In this document: positions 18,361 to 28,078 of the stretch, in pieces | How the letters are laid out: each line of letters starts with the position of its first letter | Position numbering within the stretch: position 1 is the first letter of the stretch | UHGV virus genome: UHGV-0130462 | DNA from: a virus | Direction: 5' to 3' (one strand) | Length of the DNA: 38,884 bases | Notes under the pieces: generated by a model | The model's database searches: none | Seen by the model: the letters and a program-made list of their open reading frames with translations, nothing else | Told to the model about the DNA's origin: nothing | Position numbers and translations under genes: made by a program

Positions 18361-20451
18361 TTACATGGATTGAGGATTATTCTCGACGTTATTGTCGGTA
18401 GGAATGTTTTGTTGTTGCTGTTGTGCAACCTCGTTCAGAAGTTTAATGGCCTCTCTTACTGCCGATTCATCTATATTCCTAGCTTGAGCCAGTTTATAGA
18501 CTGTATTAGCTTGAGACTCCATTGCATCTTGCTGAGCGGTAAATGCTTTGATTTGAGTTTGTGCTGTTTCGTTATTAGCTTTGGTTTGCTCTGCTTGAGC
18601 CGCGATGATTTGTGCCTGAGCTAACATAGCGTTAGGATCTTGATTGCTTTGTGCTGCTTGCTGAGCTTCCATCAACCATTGTTGTTCTTCCTCGGTTTCT
18701 GGTTTCTTCAAGCCATTAACAATCAATTCCTTGTTGGCGTAATCTCTGATGTATTCAACACCCTTGCCTTCCATCATATTTGCATATGTCAGCACCATGA
18801 CATTCCACATTGGATGCTCTACTGGAACCTTGGTGATAAGCTCGCCTATCTCAGCCCTAGCAGCATCTTTTTGTGATTGGAAAGATGGGCCCACATCAGT
18901 AAATGTTTCGTACTTGCCTCGGATATCATTGCGAACAATCATTTCACCTTTGCGGAAGTCTAATTCTTCCTGCATTAGCTCAACCTGATTCTCACCCCCA
19001 TCTTCAGCAGTTGTTGTTACTGTTCGATTGGTGTCGTATATCTCAGCTGCGATTGATGCGTAAATTTCACCATCACGGCGCATTGCGATAGCTAAGTTAT
19101 CCTGAAACACGTATGTCTCTAGGTCGATGCGACTATTTAGTTGATTAACGGTATCGAACGCCACTTGTCCATTAGCTGCCTCAGTATCAACGCCGACACG
19201 AGCGGTTGATTTAGCTGCTTCCGTTGCCACTTCCAGAAGCAATGCATCAGCCTGTGAAACCTCGGCATTCTCCATATAAGCAACGGGCGAAGGAGGCAGG
19301 TCAGCATTGTTCTCATCAGTACGGTTGAGTAGATAGTAAGGGTAATCGTCCTCACCGCTATACATGTGCTCATACCCTGCTATTTGCTCAGGGTAAAAGA
19401 ATGGCTTCTTCTTAGGTGATTTGGCGGCAGTGTCGGCAGACTTGGATAAGATAAAGTTACGCAGCCGTTGAGCATCTTTAGATAACCTGACAACCCCCTC
19501 ATACAGTTCGTTATCATCAAATAATCCCCACTCACCATACACAGGAACAATTGGTATGTGCTCGCCAGCTATCGGCATTCTATCTTTCAAAATACCAGTG
19601 CTAGTGATGATTGACTTATAGACTCTGCGCTTCTTAACTTTACGCTCACCTACTTTTTCATAACCAGCATCAGCCAATTCATCAATCTTTTCTTTCGCTT
19701 CTTTTGCTGAATAAGTTTGAAGGTCATTAGTTAGCGGATCGCGATAGACAAATACTAACTCCCTCTTTTCCTCAACTTCGTAATACTCAGCAACATGAAT
19801 TGTCTTTCCATTCGACCAAGTGAAAAGTAAGTCATTGTTCGGTGATTGGAATGATGGTTGAATGTCAGGATCTAACCCGTACTGCTCAGCGAACGCTTCC
19901 CATCCATTAATATTCATTGCGTGAATAATAGTGCAATTCTTAGCGTCAGACTTATCCATTGCCTTGGCGTTGCAATCCCATATAACGTGAGTACAAGACT
20001 CATGCATTGGAACACGTCGGATGATCTGGTTATTACTGGTTGGGTTATCGTCCTCATACTCAGTGACGAGTCGCCAAGCGCCGTAACCACATTCGATTTG
20101 CTCTCTTACTGCCACATTAACGGCAATCTTTGAGCTATTGTTTCGCATGTCAGTTCGATACATGCCCATAAGAATATCAGCGGCATCGGCTGGCGCGTTA
20201 TCCTTCGGTCGATACTGAACCTCAATAGGATTCTTGCGCATCTCAGCGACGAGCTTACGAACCATTGGGCGCACTACGTCAAACTGACCTCGGTATTGCA
20301 ATGTGACATAGTTTTCCAGCCAGTCGTCCCACTGACTAACGCGACTAAAGAATAAATCGTTTCTCGCCTCCGTTCTGGCATTTTCAGATGCAGAGTAATC
20401 GAGGTCGAATTTGCGAAGTATTTTCTCAAGCCGCTCGTTTCTATCGACCAT
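18361..20451 (-). CDS. portal protein (P22 gp1-like)
   Basis: Synteny after terminase; 696 aa; Q/A-rich helical C-terminal barrel-like tail. Confidence 0.85.
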   Translation of the reverse strand: MVDRNERLEKILRKFDLDYSASENARTEARNDLFFSRVSQWDDWLENYVTLQYRGQFDVVRPMVRKLVAEMRKNPIEVQYRPKDNAPADAADILMGMYRTDMRNNSSKIAVNVAVREQIECGYGAWRLVTEYEDDNPTSNNQIIRRVPMHESCTHVIWDCNAKAMDKSDAKNCTIIHAMNINGWEAFAEQYGLDPDIQPSFQSPNNDLLFTWSNGKTIHVAEYYEVEEKRELVFVYRDPLTNDLQTYSAKEAKEKIDELADAGYEKVGERKVKKRRVYKSIITSTGILKDRMPIAGEHIPIVPVYGEWGLFDDNELYEGVVRLSKDAQRLRNFILSKSADTAAKSPKKKPFFYPEQIAGYEHMYSGEDDYPYYLLNRTDENNADLPPSPVAYMENAEVSQADALLLEVATEAAKSTARVGVDTEAANGQVAFDTVNQLNSRIDLETYVFQDNLAIAMRRDGEIYASIAAEIYDTNRTVTTTAEDGGENQVELMQEELDFRKGEMIVRNDIRGKYETFTDVGPSFQSQKDAARAEIGELITKVPVEHPMWNVMVLTYANMMEGKGVEYIRDYANKELIVNGLKKPETEEEQQWLMEAQQAAQSNQDPNAMLAQAQIIAAQAEQTKANNETAQTQIKAFTAQQDAMESQANTVYKLAQARNIDESAVREAIKLLNEVAQQQQQNIPTDNNVENNPQSM

Positions 20452-20453
20452 CT

Positions 20454-21989
20454 CTATCTCCTAATAGGTCTAATTGGGGCGGGAATTCTCTTTTCTTTAG
20501 GCTTTTTGATATCACGCAACTGCTTAGCGAAGCGCCTCATCATGTAGGCATAGCGAACAGCATCAAGCACATCATCGTTTGTTTTGACTATCTTCCCGTT
20601 TTCGTCACGGTGATATAGTCTGAACTCTTCAAAGAATGGCTCACAGGTATTAAATACTCTAAATCTGTTATCAAGCATCAGATCACGTAATTCATTAATA
20701 CCGGACTCTACTGAGTTACCACCCTCCGCAAATGTAGCGTGCTCCTTCAGCATCAAGAATCCAGCATCTGCATACTGAGTTTTTAGCTGCTCACCACCGC
20801 CTTTCTCGTGCTGATGACCATCATGAGGCCATGCTACAGGAACTTTATTAGCCCATGACTTAACAGCACCCCACGCTTGAACTGCTGTGTTTTCTGATTT
20901 CTTCCACACTCTAGCAAGATAAAAAACACCCTCATCTTTATCCCACCATAACTGGATATGAGCCTGCGGGTGATTCCAGCCGAAATCCTGACCATCGATA
21001 ATGTAAAAGTGATCAGGGCATTCGAAAGGCTGGCACTTAATAGACTCTTCGGGTATTTGGTAAATTCGACCGCTACCCATTGTTGGAATACCACGAGCAC
21101 GAGCCTCTCTTTCATGTTCAGGATATGAAGCAACAATCCGTTCTTTCTCTTCCTCGGTGTAGTGATCAGCATCATAGATAGTCATGTTGACTACCTTCTG
21201 TGCCTTACTCGGGTTCTTTAGAAATTTTGTTACGACATCAGACATACCCATCAGCGGGGTGAATGTTAGGATAGAGAACTGACCATATTTGTTGGTTCTA
21301 GTTAAACCCTCGCTATAAATACTGTATGGCGGCTCCTCATCGAACCACACCCCATGAACAGAATCACCTTGCCATCGTGCTCGACCTTGAGAATATGGCT
21401 TGAAGTAGCATATGGACATACCATCTTCAATCCCATCTTCCGTGTGATGTCTAACAAGAAGGTGGTCGACTAAGTTCGGGAAGAAAGGCGACTTCTTCCA
21501 GCTAATAATGTCCTCTTTCGGGATTGCTCCATAACCAGGATCATCATTCTCTTCGATGCGACCACATAGAATGCGCTGCGTCGTCTTCGTAACTGTCTCA
21601 TTAGTCTCGCCACCAACCCAGAATATAACTGGCTCATAGAATCTCTTCCCTTCCCATTCTTTTCCATACAGCCCATCATCTGGATAACCTTTTGTTCCTG
21701 GGTAGCGACCAGTAAGATGAAAAGCAACTTCGGCTCCACCAGTGAATGATTTGCCTAGTTGGTTTCCAGCCATAAAGCAGCGCTCAGGGTAATCATTCCC
21801 AGAGTCAATAAATTCTCTTTGCTTGTCATAGGGAGAGTATTCAAATAAGCGGTGCGTTTTCCTGTACTCTTCCTCTTCTTCCAATAACTCAAGCAATTCG
21901 TATTGTTCGTCGTCGCTCAGGTTATCAAGTATCTGATCCAGATTTTCCACGGTTGAATAACTCCTTAATTCGAGAGCGTCGCTTGTCAC
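20454..21989 (-). CDS. terL: terminase large subunit
   Basis: Follows terS; ATPase plus nuclease-type architecture; 511 aa. Confidence 0.85.
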   Translation of the reverse strand: MTSDALELRSYSTVENLDQILDNLSDDEQYELLELLEEEEEYRKTHRLFEYSPYDKQREFIDSGNDYPERCFMAGNQLGKSFTGGAEVAFHLTGRYPGTKGYPDDGLYGKEWEGKRFYEPVIFWVGGETNETVTKTTQRILCGRIEENDDPGYGAIPKEDIISWKKSPFFPNLVDHLLVRHHTEDGIEDGMSICYFKPYSQGRARWQGDSVHGVWFDEEPPYSIYSEGLTRTNKYGQFSILTFTPLMGMSDVVTKFLKNPSKAQKVVNMTIYDADHYTEEEKERIVASYPEHEREARARGIPTMGSGRIYQIPEESIKCQPFECPDHFYIIDGQDFGWNHPQAHIQLWWDKDEGVFYLARVWKKSENTAVQAWGAVKSWANKVPVAWPHDGHQHEKGGGEQLKTQYADAGFLMLKEHATFAEGGNSVESGINELRDLMLDNRFRVFNTCEPFFEEFRLYHRDENGKIVKTNDDVLDAVRYAYMMRRFAKQLRDIKKPKEKRIPAPIRPIRR

Positions 21990-22416
21990 GGTCTCCCTTA
22001 TCTGGAGTTACATCCTCGACCTCTTGTCTGTCTTTGAGACCTAAATCACGAGCAATAATATTTGCATTCAGCAAGTCAGCGGCTGCGCCTGAGAATTTCT
22101 GATCGTAGATAACTTTCTCAGCTCGCGTAGTGACCTCGATAAAATCTTCTCTGGCTCGATACAGTCGCCATGTGTCCTCATGTATATCCAAGAACAAACA
22201 AAGCCCTGATAGCGTCATAGCTCGCATTTTAGGCAATGTTTCTTTAGTCACTGCCCCTTGGAATGCAAACGCCTTAGTTTCATACAGTGGATTATCTTCA
22301 ACCCACTCGAAGTATTCACAACAAGCGTTCCATAAATCATCAGGAGACTCGAATATGGGTTTTCTTCCGTGACTACTTCTAGCCTCCCAGAATCTATTTC
22401 CTTTTGGTGCTGCCAT
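21925..22416 (-). CDS. terS: terminase small subunit, near-identical to P22 gp3
   Basis: [18 protein letters not shown]...KMRAMT...[30 protein letters not shown]...[25 protein letters not shown] matches P22 gp3 almost residue for residue. Confidence 0.95.
   Translation of the reverse strand: MAAPKGNRFWEARSSHGRKPIFESPDDLWNACCEYFEWVEDNPLYETKAFAFQGAVTKETLPKMRAMTLSGLCLFLDIHEDTWRLYRAREDFIEVTTRAEKVIYDQKFSGAAADLLNANIIARDLGLKDRQEVEDVTPDKGDRDKRRSRIKELFNRGKSGSDT
22126..22149 (-). other. candidate pac site inside terS
   Basis: Minus-strand GAAGATTTTATCGAGGTCACTACG at the REDFIEVTT codons; P22 pac lies at the equivalent position in gene 3 (sequence recalled from memory). Confidence 0.4.
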
Positions 22417-22424
22417 ATATCCAC

Positions 22425-22802
22425 CTAATCATTAGCACTAATTTTGTAATAAAACTTATTTATCTCATTACTAATCCAACCAGTTAGATACGCCAACGCC
22501 TCATGATTTTCATAGTCTACTTTAATACCAACTATTTCTAACACCTTCCATGCGGCATGCACTGACTCATGAGATATAGTGTCGGCATTAAAACAATCGA
22601 CATCTTTAAAGCTAATGAGGATTATCATCTCGCCAGTTTTTGTATTTTCAATCTGAACAACCTGCCCCATATTTGATGGGGTATGTATGCCCGAACCATA
22701 GATACTGCCTGCAACATCCTCAGTAGCGCAGATATGAATGTTAAGTCCGTATATGGGGACTTTTATTTTTTTATGTAATTTCACATATCCCCCTTTAATC
22801 AA
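22425..22802 (-). CDS. small protein with a zincin-like HExxH motif (HESVHAAW); putative metallopeptidase-like accessory protein
   Basis: ORF track; HESVH followed by downstream Glu/His candidates; start may be the GTG at 22784. Confidence 0.5.
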   Translation of the reverse strand: MIKGGYVKLHKKIKVPIYGLNIHICATEDVAGSIYGSGIHTPSNMGQVVQIENTKTGEMIILISFKDVDCFNADTISHESVHAAWKVLEIVGIKVDYENHEALAYLTGWISNEINKFYYKISAND

Positions 22803-22838
22803 TTATCCAGCCCACTCGTAAATGAGCTGTGTAATTAA

Positions 22839-23066
22839 CTATTGCGTGAATAGGTCGAGTGCTTCTTGAGCTTCTCGTGCTGCTTTCTGTGCTCGTGATA
22901 CAAACTCACTTTCAGTCTGGCATGTTTTGTATGCGTCTTTGAATAACTCAAGCTTGAGCGCATCGTCTTTTACGAACTCGATAGCAGCTTGAGCCGCTGC
23001 GGTATCATTGCCAACTAACCGCAATAGCTCTAAGCGCATTTGATTCTGTGCTGTAATTTCTGTCAT
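22839..23066 (-). CDS. hypothetical small helical protein
   Basis: ORF track 22839..23102; AGGAA 6 nt upstream of ATG 23066, the likelier start. Confidence 0.45.
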   Translation of the reverse strand: MTEITAQNQMRLELLRLVGNDTAAAQAAIEFVKDDALKLELFKDAYKTCQTESEFVSRAQKAAREAQEALDLFTQ

Positions 23067-23266
23067 TTGATGTTCCTGTGTGAAGTTAATCGCAACCATC
23101 ATTACGTATCACTACGTTACTTTGGTCACTTACGGCTTACCCGTCAGCAAGAAGGATCACCTCCTGTTACCTTGTCGGGGTTATTCTTTTGGAATGCTTT
23201 TATCCAGCTCTTCACGGAATTGAGTTGGGTTATCGAAACCTTGTGCTGCCATGATATTTCTCCATT

Positions 23267-23291
23267 AAAAAGCCCCGCTATTGAGCGAGGC
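23267..23291 (-). terminator. rho-independent terminator overlapping the Rz stop codon
   Basis: Minus-strand RNA: GCCUCGC-UCAAUA-GCGGGGC followed by U5. Confidence 0.5.
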
Positions 23292-23733
23292 ATTCAGTGT
23301 TGATGTAATTCTGCAAATACAAAGTTTGCTGTTCGTTCTCGACTATCATTTCTCTGAGACGTAGATAATCTTGTTCAACTGCTTTGTTAAGTCTTGCGGT
23401 GGTTTCATTGCTTCCGCTTTCGGTGGAATTTTTGGTGACTGCTGGACACTCGGCTTTGATGTACACCCGCTTATTGCCAGAGCTAACAGCATCACGAAGA
23501 GTGTTGATTTCATTCTTTGCACTGGCTAACTCCTGAGTGTATTTAATATCGAGTTGATTTAGTCGAGTGATACGAGCTTGGTAGTCTTTGTTGATTTCGA
23601 CTTGTTGAGATAGTTGACTAGTTAATTCAGCATTTGAAGCTTTTAGCTTACCAATCCTGTTACCCTGCCACGTCATACCGACGCTCATCATCAAAATAAC
23701 GCCCACGGACACTATCGTTTCGCCTAGATTCAT
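23278..23733 (-). CDS. Rz: i-spanin (Rz-like)
   Basis: N-terminal TM segment then coiled-coil periplasmic domain; last gene of the lysis cassette; ATG 23733 overlaps the upstream stop (ATGA). Confidence 0.8.
   Translation of the reverse strand: MNLGETIVSVGVILMMSVGMTWQGNRIGKLKASNAELTSQLSQQVEINKDYQARITRLNQLDIKYTQELASAKNEINTLRDAVSSGNKRVYIKAECPAVTKNSTESGSNETTARLNKAVEQDYLRLREMIVENEQQTLYLQNYINTECLAQ
23346..23513 (-). CDS. Rz1: o-spanin (Rz1-like lipoprotein) embedded in the +1 frame of Rz
   Basis: MKSTLFVMLLALAISGC lipoprotein signal with lipobox, then a Pro-rich 38-aa mature region; fully nested within Rz. Confidence 0.75.
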   Translation of the reverse strand: MKSTLFVMLLALAISGCTSKPSVQQSPKIPPKAEAMKPPQDLTKQLNKIIYVSEK

Positions 23734-24146
23734 AACAACAACCATGCATCTTCAAATACTTTTGGGCTGTAAGGCTGATAACCCAGCTCAACACCAACAA
23801 TCGCTGTGCCCAATGCAATCATAACTTCTTTTTTGTTGACTGATACACAATCTTCCGTACTTACATTCAATTCTTTAGCGACTCGATGAATGTATCCCTC
23901 AGTATTATTTTCTTTGGGCGGAGCATAGCGATTGATGATTTCACGGATAGAACATAACCCGTATTTCTTTTCGTAGGTTCGCATCAATACATAGATTGCT
24001 CGTATACCATATTCAGGTGATACGAATTGGCAAAAGTCTTTATCGGTTTGCTGTGCAGATAGTCCTTGCCATTTTGAACCGTGTCGAATATTACCAGGGT
24101 TGTTGTTTCTTTCCCCGCGTGCTGGTCTAGTCATCTTTAACTCCAA
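23730..24146 (-). CDS. putative endolysin (assigned by position between holin and spanins)
   Basis: Overlaps the holin stop and Rz start; family not recognised from sequence alone. Confidence 0.5.
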   Translation of the reverse strand: MELKMTRPARGERNNNPGNIRHGSKWQGLSAQQTDKDFCQFVSPEYGIRAIYVLMRTYEKKYGLCSIREIINRYAPPKENNTEGYIHRVAKELNVSTEDCVSVNKKEVMIALGTAIVGVELGYQPYSPKVFEDAWLLL

Positions 24147-24483
24147 ACTTAGCCTTTACTATTTTGACCGCACCCTCAAAAAGTGCGTATAGTTTCTTTG
24201 TCCCTAAGAATCCAATTACAACACCACAGAATTCCGCCAATAATGCCCACGAACTAGCATCACCACTACGTGATAGCCACCAATCAATAAACCGAATAGT
24301 TCCAACACTAAGCAAGCCACACATAACAGCCTCACCTAAAGAACGCTTCCATTGAGAACCAGCCTGTCTTTCTCTGATGTATGCAATTGTTGTAGCAATA
24401 GTAAATCCACCTAAGAGTGGGAGGACCGATTGTAACCAGCGTAAAATCTGCTCCCATTCGAATTTTTCTGGCATACGTTTCAT
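24127..24483 (-). CDS. class I holin, lambda S-like, with dual-start motif
   Basis: MKRMPEK... N-terminus and AYIRERQ...MCGLL...IRFIDWWL parallel lambda S; two in-frame ATGs separated by Lys-Arg (24483 and 24474); GGAGG upstream. Confidence 0.85.
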   Translation of the reverse strand: MKRMPEKFEWEQILRWLQSVLPLLGGFTIATTIAYIRERQAGSQWKRSLGEAVMCGLLSVGTIRFIDWWLSRSGDASSWALLAEFCGVVIGFLGTKKLYALFEGAVKIVKAKFGVKDD

Positions 24484-24583
24484 ACCCACCTCCCCATAGG
24501 AGGAATTTAGTTAATAGAACGCCGACTCACAGCTCTTGTGTGAACGTGAGGTGTTGTGATTGATTCTGTGGTCGGCATATACG

Positions 24584-24607
24584 AAAAAGCCCCACTAAAA
24601 GTGAGGC
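24584..24607 (-). terminator. rho-independent terminator between the KilA-N gene and the holin
   Basis: Minus-strand RNA: GCCUCAC-UUUUA-GUGGGGC followed by U5. Confidence 0.5.
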
Positions 24608-24627
24608 TTGCTATAAGTGATTCATAA

Positions 24628-25395
24628 TTACTCTGGGGCTGGTAAGGCTAATATTATATCATTCAGATGAGGTAATGCTTCTTTATCTTTACCCTTAAAG
24701 TAAGTTATTGATTTATTCTTTATCCAGTTGTTAATTTCAAAATTAAACATTGTCATTAACTCATTTGGATAAAGCCTTGCCTTAACAACTGGTCTTCTTC
24801 CATCATCAAATTCATGCTCATAAACAGGAAATGAATCAGGATCATAACCTCTAGCCCTGAGAATATCGCTAAAGAATCTACCTAAAGATATGTCAGGCAT
24901 AAGTTTTTGTGGGAGCATATACCCTCTAGATTCTAATGGAGCTAATAACTTTAAAGTCATTTGATCCAGCATAGAAAAGTGAGTTGGCGGTATTTTTTCC
25001 CGATTAATTAAGTAACGCCTTACATGATATGGCATCGCTGATTGATGCTGTTTTGCACCAGACATCCAATCGAATACCCATTTTGAAACAAGAACAGCGA
25101 ACTTAGGTGAAGCCCATTGACCTAAGTTGATAGCTACCTGAGGATGAACCCAAGTGCCTTGCATTTGAGAAAAACCACCTCTAACTATTTGAATTAATTC
25201 CGATACCGGAATTCCGGTATCGCTCGATAATTCAGCAACAAATGCTTTTGTTGAGTTATTATCAAGGTAATGATTGAGCCTCTTCCCAGCAGCTTGACAC
25301 ATTGCAGTAGCATTTATGTATCCATCATGAGCTCTTTGTGAAATAACTACATTGTTTTCCTGCCTAGAAATTAATGGCAATTCTAATTGGTTCAT
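24628..25395 (-). CDS. KilA-N domain protein with a C-terminal domain of unknown function
   Basis: N-terminal region (...HDGYINATAMCQAAGKRLNHYL...TKAFVAEL...) fits the KilA-N pattern; AAGGAG 5 nt upstream of ATG 25395 (ORF track start 25410 is TTG). Confidence 0.7.
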   Translation of the reverse strand: MNQLELPLISRQENNVVISQRAHDGYINATAMCQAAGKRLNHYLDNNSTKAFVAELSSDTGIPVSELIQIVRGGFSQMQGTWVHPQVAINLGQWASPKFAVLVSKWVFDWMSGAKQHQSAMPYHVRRYLINREKIPPTHFSMLDQMTLKLLAPLESRGYMLPQKLMPDISLGRFFSDILRARGYDPDSFPVYEHEFDDGRRPVVKARLYPNELMTMFNFEINNWIKNKSITYFKGKDKEALPHLNDIILALPAPE

Positions 25396-25470
25396 TACAT
25401 CTCCTTGCAAAAATCCAAATTACATTTTATGACAAGAAGATATAAAGCTAAAGGCAAATTAATATATACG

Positions 25471-25492
25471 AAAAAAGACCGCCTAAGCGATC
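25471..25492 (-). terminator. second late-leader terminator
   Basis: Minus-strand RNA: GAUCGC-UUAG-GCGGUC followed by U6. Confidence 0.5.
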
Positions 25493-25587
25493 TTCTGAAT
25501 GAGTTGTTCGGAATAACCGAATATGTGAACTATCCGGAAATTCCGGAGAGTTGAACTTGTAACGATTGCTTACAGGTTGCAGATAAC

Positions 25588-25609
25588 AAAAAACCCCGCC
25601 GGAGCGAGG
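25588..25609 (-). terminator. tR'-like terminator of the late leader
   Basis: Minus-strand RNA: CCUCGC-UCCG-GCGGGG followed by U6, about 50-60 nt downstream of the candidate late promoter. Confidence 0.6.
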
Positions 25610-25660
25610 TCTTGAATTCTTTTAACGTTAACGAAATGGCAATAACCCATCGTTAGAACG

Positions 25661-25689
25661 ATATTTACACAGAAAGGTGCAAAAGTCAA
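25661..25689 (-). promoter_or_regulatory. candidate late promoter PR'
   Basis: Minus strand: TTGACT, 17-nt spacer, AAATAT; directly downstream of the Q-like gene. Confidence 0.4.
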
Positions 25690-25713
25690 TTCATTCGTTA
25701 GAAGTATTCGTTT

Positions 25714-26469
25714 TTAATTTGTTACCTTTTTTAGTATGTAATCTGCGTTACTTTCTCCTTTTTCACACTCAACCGCCAATGACTCATAAAATTTACTAAC
25801 TGAACGCTTCCATTGATCAATCGTAATCCCTAAATGAGACACAGCCTGAAAAGCCTTTGATGCAGGTATTCGCTCGTAACCACGACCAGAACAACGCTTA
25901 CAAGGCATACTGACAGCCTCACCGGTTAACCTTAGCGTTTCTTTGTCTATTGCCATACCACGCCCTTTACAGTCATTGCACGCACAAGAAACATAACCTT
26001 TACCGTTACACTTATCACAAGCGCATGACTCGGTGTCATCAATAATGCGAACTTCTTTACCAAAGACTTTTTTAACCTTAATCGCCTTTACCTTAAAACC
26101 TGATCCATTGCACTTTACGCACTCAATAACACTTGATGCCGATCTGCAATAATCTGCATAAGCGAATTTTGCGAGTATTTGCATTACCTTTCGCTTAACA
26201 TTCATATCGAGCTTGCGTAAGGCTGGAACCTTATCGCAATGATTCAATGCATGCCGAGTTAAAAGTTGTATCGCTTTCACTTTGTCATTCTGGCTTATCT
26301 CCATCTTTCCCGAGAACGCAGAAAAGCCGAATGACTCTTTACTCTGACACATACCAAAAGCGCCCATAACATCAGTACCGGTTAATCTATCTGGCGATGT
26401 TGAGCTAGGCGCATCTGATATTGATGTTGTTTTGGCGAAGTGATATTTAACAGCGCTTTCTAGGTTCAT
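25714..26469 (-). CDS. putative late-gene antiterminator (Q-like) with a DnaJ-type zinc finger
   Basis: Four CxxCxGxG repeats (CVKCNGSG, CDKCNGKG, CNDCKGRG, CKRCSGRG); sits between the nin genes and the late promoter/terminator; GGAGG upstream. Confidence 0.5.
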   Translation of the reverse strand: MNLESAVKYHFAKTTSISDAPSSTSPDRLTGTDVMGAFGMCQSKESFGFSAFSGKMEISQNDKVKAIQLLTRHALNHCDKVPALRKLDMNVKRKVMQILAKFAYADYCRSASSVIECVKCNGSGFKVKAIKVKKVFGKEVRIIDDTESCACDKCNGKGYVSCACNDCKGRGMAIDKETLRLTGEAVSMPCKRCSGRGYERIPASKAFQAVSHLGITIDQWKRSVSKFYESLAVECEKGESNADYILKKVTN

Positions 26470-26669
26470 CTCGCCTCCGGTAATACTGTGTGATTATGGC
26501 AGTCGTAGCGTGTGCTAAATGACTTTCTGAGTAATGCCTCTCTCGACATGCCGACCTCCTGCCTAACCGATAAGAAGCCGTTTCTTTTTTGAGTGACGAC
26601 ATGATGATGCTTTGTTTGTTGCCTAAGCCACCTAGCCTCTTCAATGGCTGCGCGGATATCAGTAAACAT
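26466..26669 (-). CDS. hypothetical nin-region protein (NinH position)
   Basis: Start and stop overlap the neighbouring genes (ATGA / TAATG overlaps). Confidence 0.4.
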   Translation of the reverse strand: MFTDIRAAIEEARWLRQQTKHHHVVTQKRNGFLSVRQEVGMSREALLRKSFSTRYDCHNHTVLPEAR

Positions 26670-27289
26670 TAAGCCACCTCCGAATATTGATCCTTTCGCC
26701 TTTTCTCATACCAACGGGCCCTACGAGTGAATATTGATTTCATTCGCTTGAGATATTCGATGTCGAATTTACGGACCGTGTTATCGTGCTCTAAACGAAT
26801 TACTCGCTCTTCGCCGATTTTATTGATGAGATTAATGCGATACGGGATGAGATTTCCTGACAGGTCCCTATTGCAGTGAACACAGCCAGCGTGAATATTG
26901 AGTAAATTAAATCTTAAATGACTTGCCGAACCCCTTGATCTGTAATGACTAGCATCTACGGACCCACCTCTTACTCCATAATTTAAGGGCCGACCGCAAG
27001 CGATGCATGGCTGACCATAGTCTCGCCAAAATATGTATTTATTTACTGCCGCTTGGGCCTCTTTGTTCCAGTCTGATTTTGTCTTTAACTTTTCCTTTCT
27101 GGCCCGCAATATTTTTCTTTCCTCAGATAAACGTTTCTTACGGCCCTTTTCTTCGGTCCGTTTAATTTCATTTGAGGCGAATTTTATTGCGCAGGATGTG
27201 GAACAAACTTTTTGGGTGGATAGGTAGGGAATGAATTCTTTGTTGCAGACTTTACAGGTTTTGAGCTTCGGCTTTTTAGCCTTCGCCAC
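26669..27289 (-). CDS. ninG: NinG / Rap recombination protein
   Basis: N-terminal CKVC...CSTSC zinc motif, basic stretch, and CIACGR...HYRSRG...LRFN..NIHAGCVHCN..LSGNL.PYR pattern as in lambda NinG; GTG start. Confidence 0.85.
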   Translation of the reverse strand: MAKAKKPKLKTCKVCNKEFIPYLSTQKVCSTSCAIKFASNEIKRTEEKGRKKRLSEERKILRARKEKLKTKSDWNKEAQAAVNKYIFWRDYGQPCIACGRPLNYGVRGGSVDASHYRSRGSASHLRFNLLNIHAGCVHCNRDLSGNLIPYRINLINKIGEERVIRLEHDNTVRKFDIEYLKRMKSIFTRRARWYEKRRKDQYSEVA

Positions 27290-27404
27290 TCTTTTCCTCC
27301 TTGATTTTTTCCATCACTTCCAAATGAGCGTATTCATCAGCACACTGGGCACACACATAAATTTCATCATCTGTTAGCTGTCTATTGCATGATCGGCAGT
27401 TCAT
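27276..27404 (-). CDS. ninF: NinF-like small zinc-binding protein (42 aa)
   Basis: [10 protein letters not shown]...[10 protein letters not shown] resembles lambda NinF; ATG overlaps the upstream stop (ATGA); not in the ORF track. Confidence 0.5.
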   Translation of the reverse strand: MNCRSCNRQLTDDEIYVCAQCADEYAHLEVMEKIKEEKSGEG

Positions 27405-28078
27405 TTGATTTGCCTCATAGTTAGCCCATAACCAAACACAGCTCCAGTATCGATGTATTCCTGATTAGCGCGCTTTTCGATACCTTTAATCATTGGTGTG
27501 TGACCAAATAGAAATAGGTCCGCACCTTTAATCTCACGGACGTTATCGTCACCAATGCGCTCACGGCTCCAAATCACATACTGCTCATCTACTGGTTTGC
27601 CGAACTCGTATTCATCGGATGGATAATCAGCATGTGCAATGACTGCCTTTTTTTCATCTGTATTTACTTCGATAATAAAGGGAAGTTTCTCTGCTCTGGC
27701 TAAGCAGGCGCGGGATAAAATCTCTTCCTCATAATTTTGCAGAAAAAACCAATTACCACCGTTGTATAGCCAGTTATTGACATCCCCACCATTAAACAAG
27801 GCATCAATAGCCATTTGCTCATGATTACCACGCACCGCTCTAAACCATTTTTCATTAATCAGGTCTAGGCATTCGACATTCTGATCACCCCTATCTATTA
27901 GGTCACCAACTGAAATCAATAAATCTTTTTCTTTATCAAAATCAATTCGATACATATTCCTTTTTAATAGATTGAAGCATCCGTGAATATCACCAACCAC
28001 CCAAATATGGCGATATTGATCACCATCGATTCTGAGGTAAATTCCGTTTCTTTCTTCTGTCATTTCTCTAACTCCCAC
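27401..28078 (-). CDS. Ser/Thr protein phosphatase (lambda NinI / PP-lambda family)
   Basis: Calcineurin-like motifs GDIHG, GDLIDRG and GNHE. Confidence 0.9.
   Translation of the reverse strand: MGVREMTEERNGIYLRIDGDQYRHIWVVGDIHGCFNLLKRNMYRIDFDKEKDLLISVGDLIDRGDQNVECLDLINEKWFRAVRGNHEQMAIDALFNGGDVNNWLYNGGNWFFLQNYEEEILSRACLARAEKLPFIIEVNTDEKKAVIAHADYPSDEYEFGKPVDEQYVIWSRERIGDDNVREIKGADLFLFGHTPMIKGIEKRANQEYIDTGAVFGYGLTMRQIK

Noticed and set aside
18370-19091. Cluster of plus-strand ORFs (18370..18624, 18640..18876, 18749..18988, 18903..19091) opposite the portal gene
   Set aside because: Overlapping antisense frames within a well-supported portal gene; Cys/Leu-rich low-complexity products.
26447-26644. 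65-aa minus-strand ORF overlapping the NinH-position ORF in another frame
   Set aside because: The overlapping 26466..26669 frame is translationally coupled to both neighbours; this frame is not.
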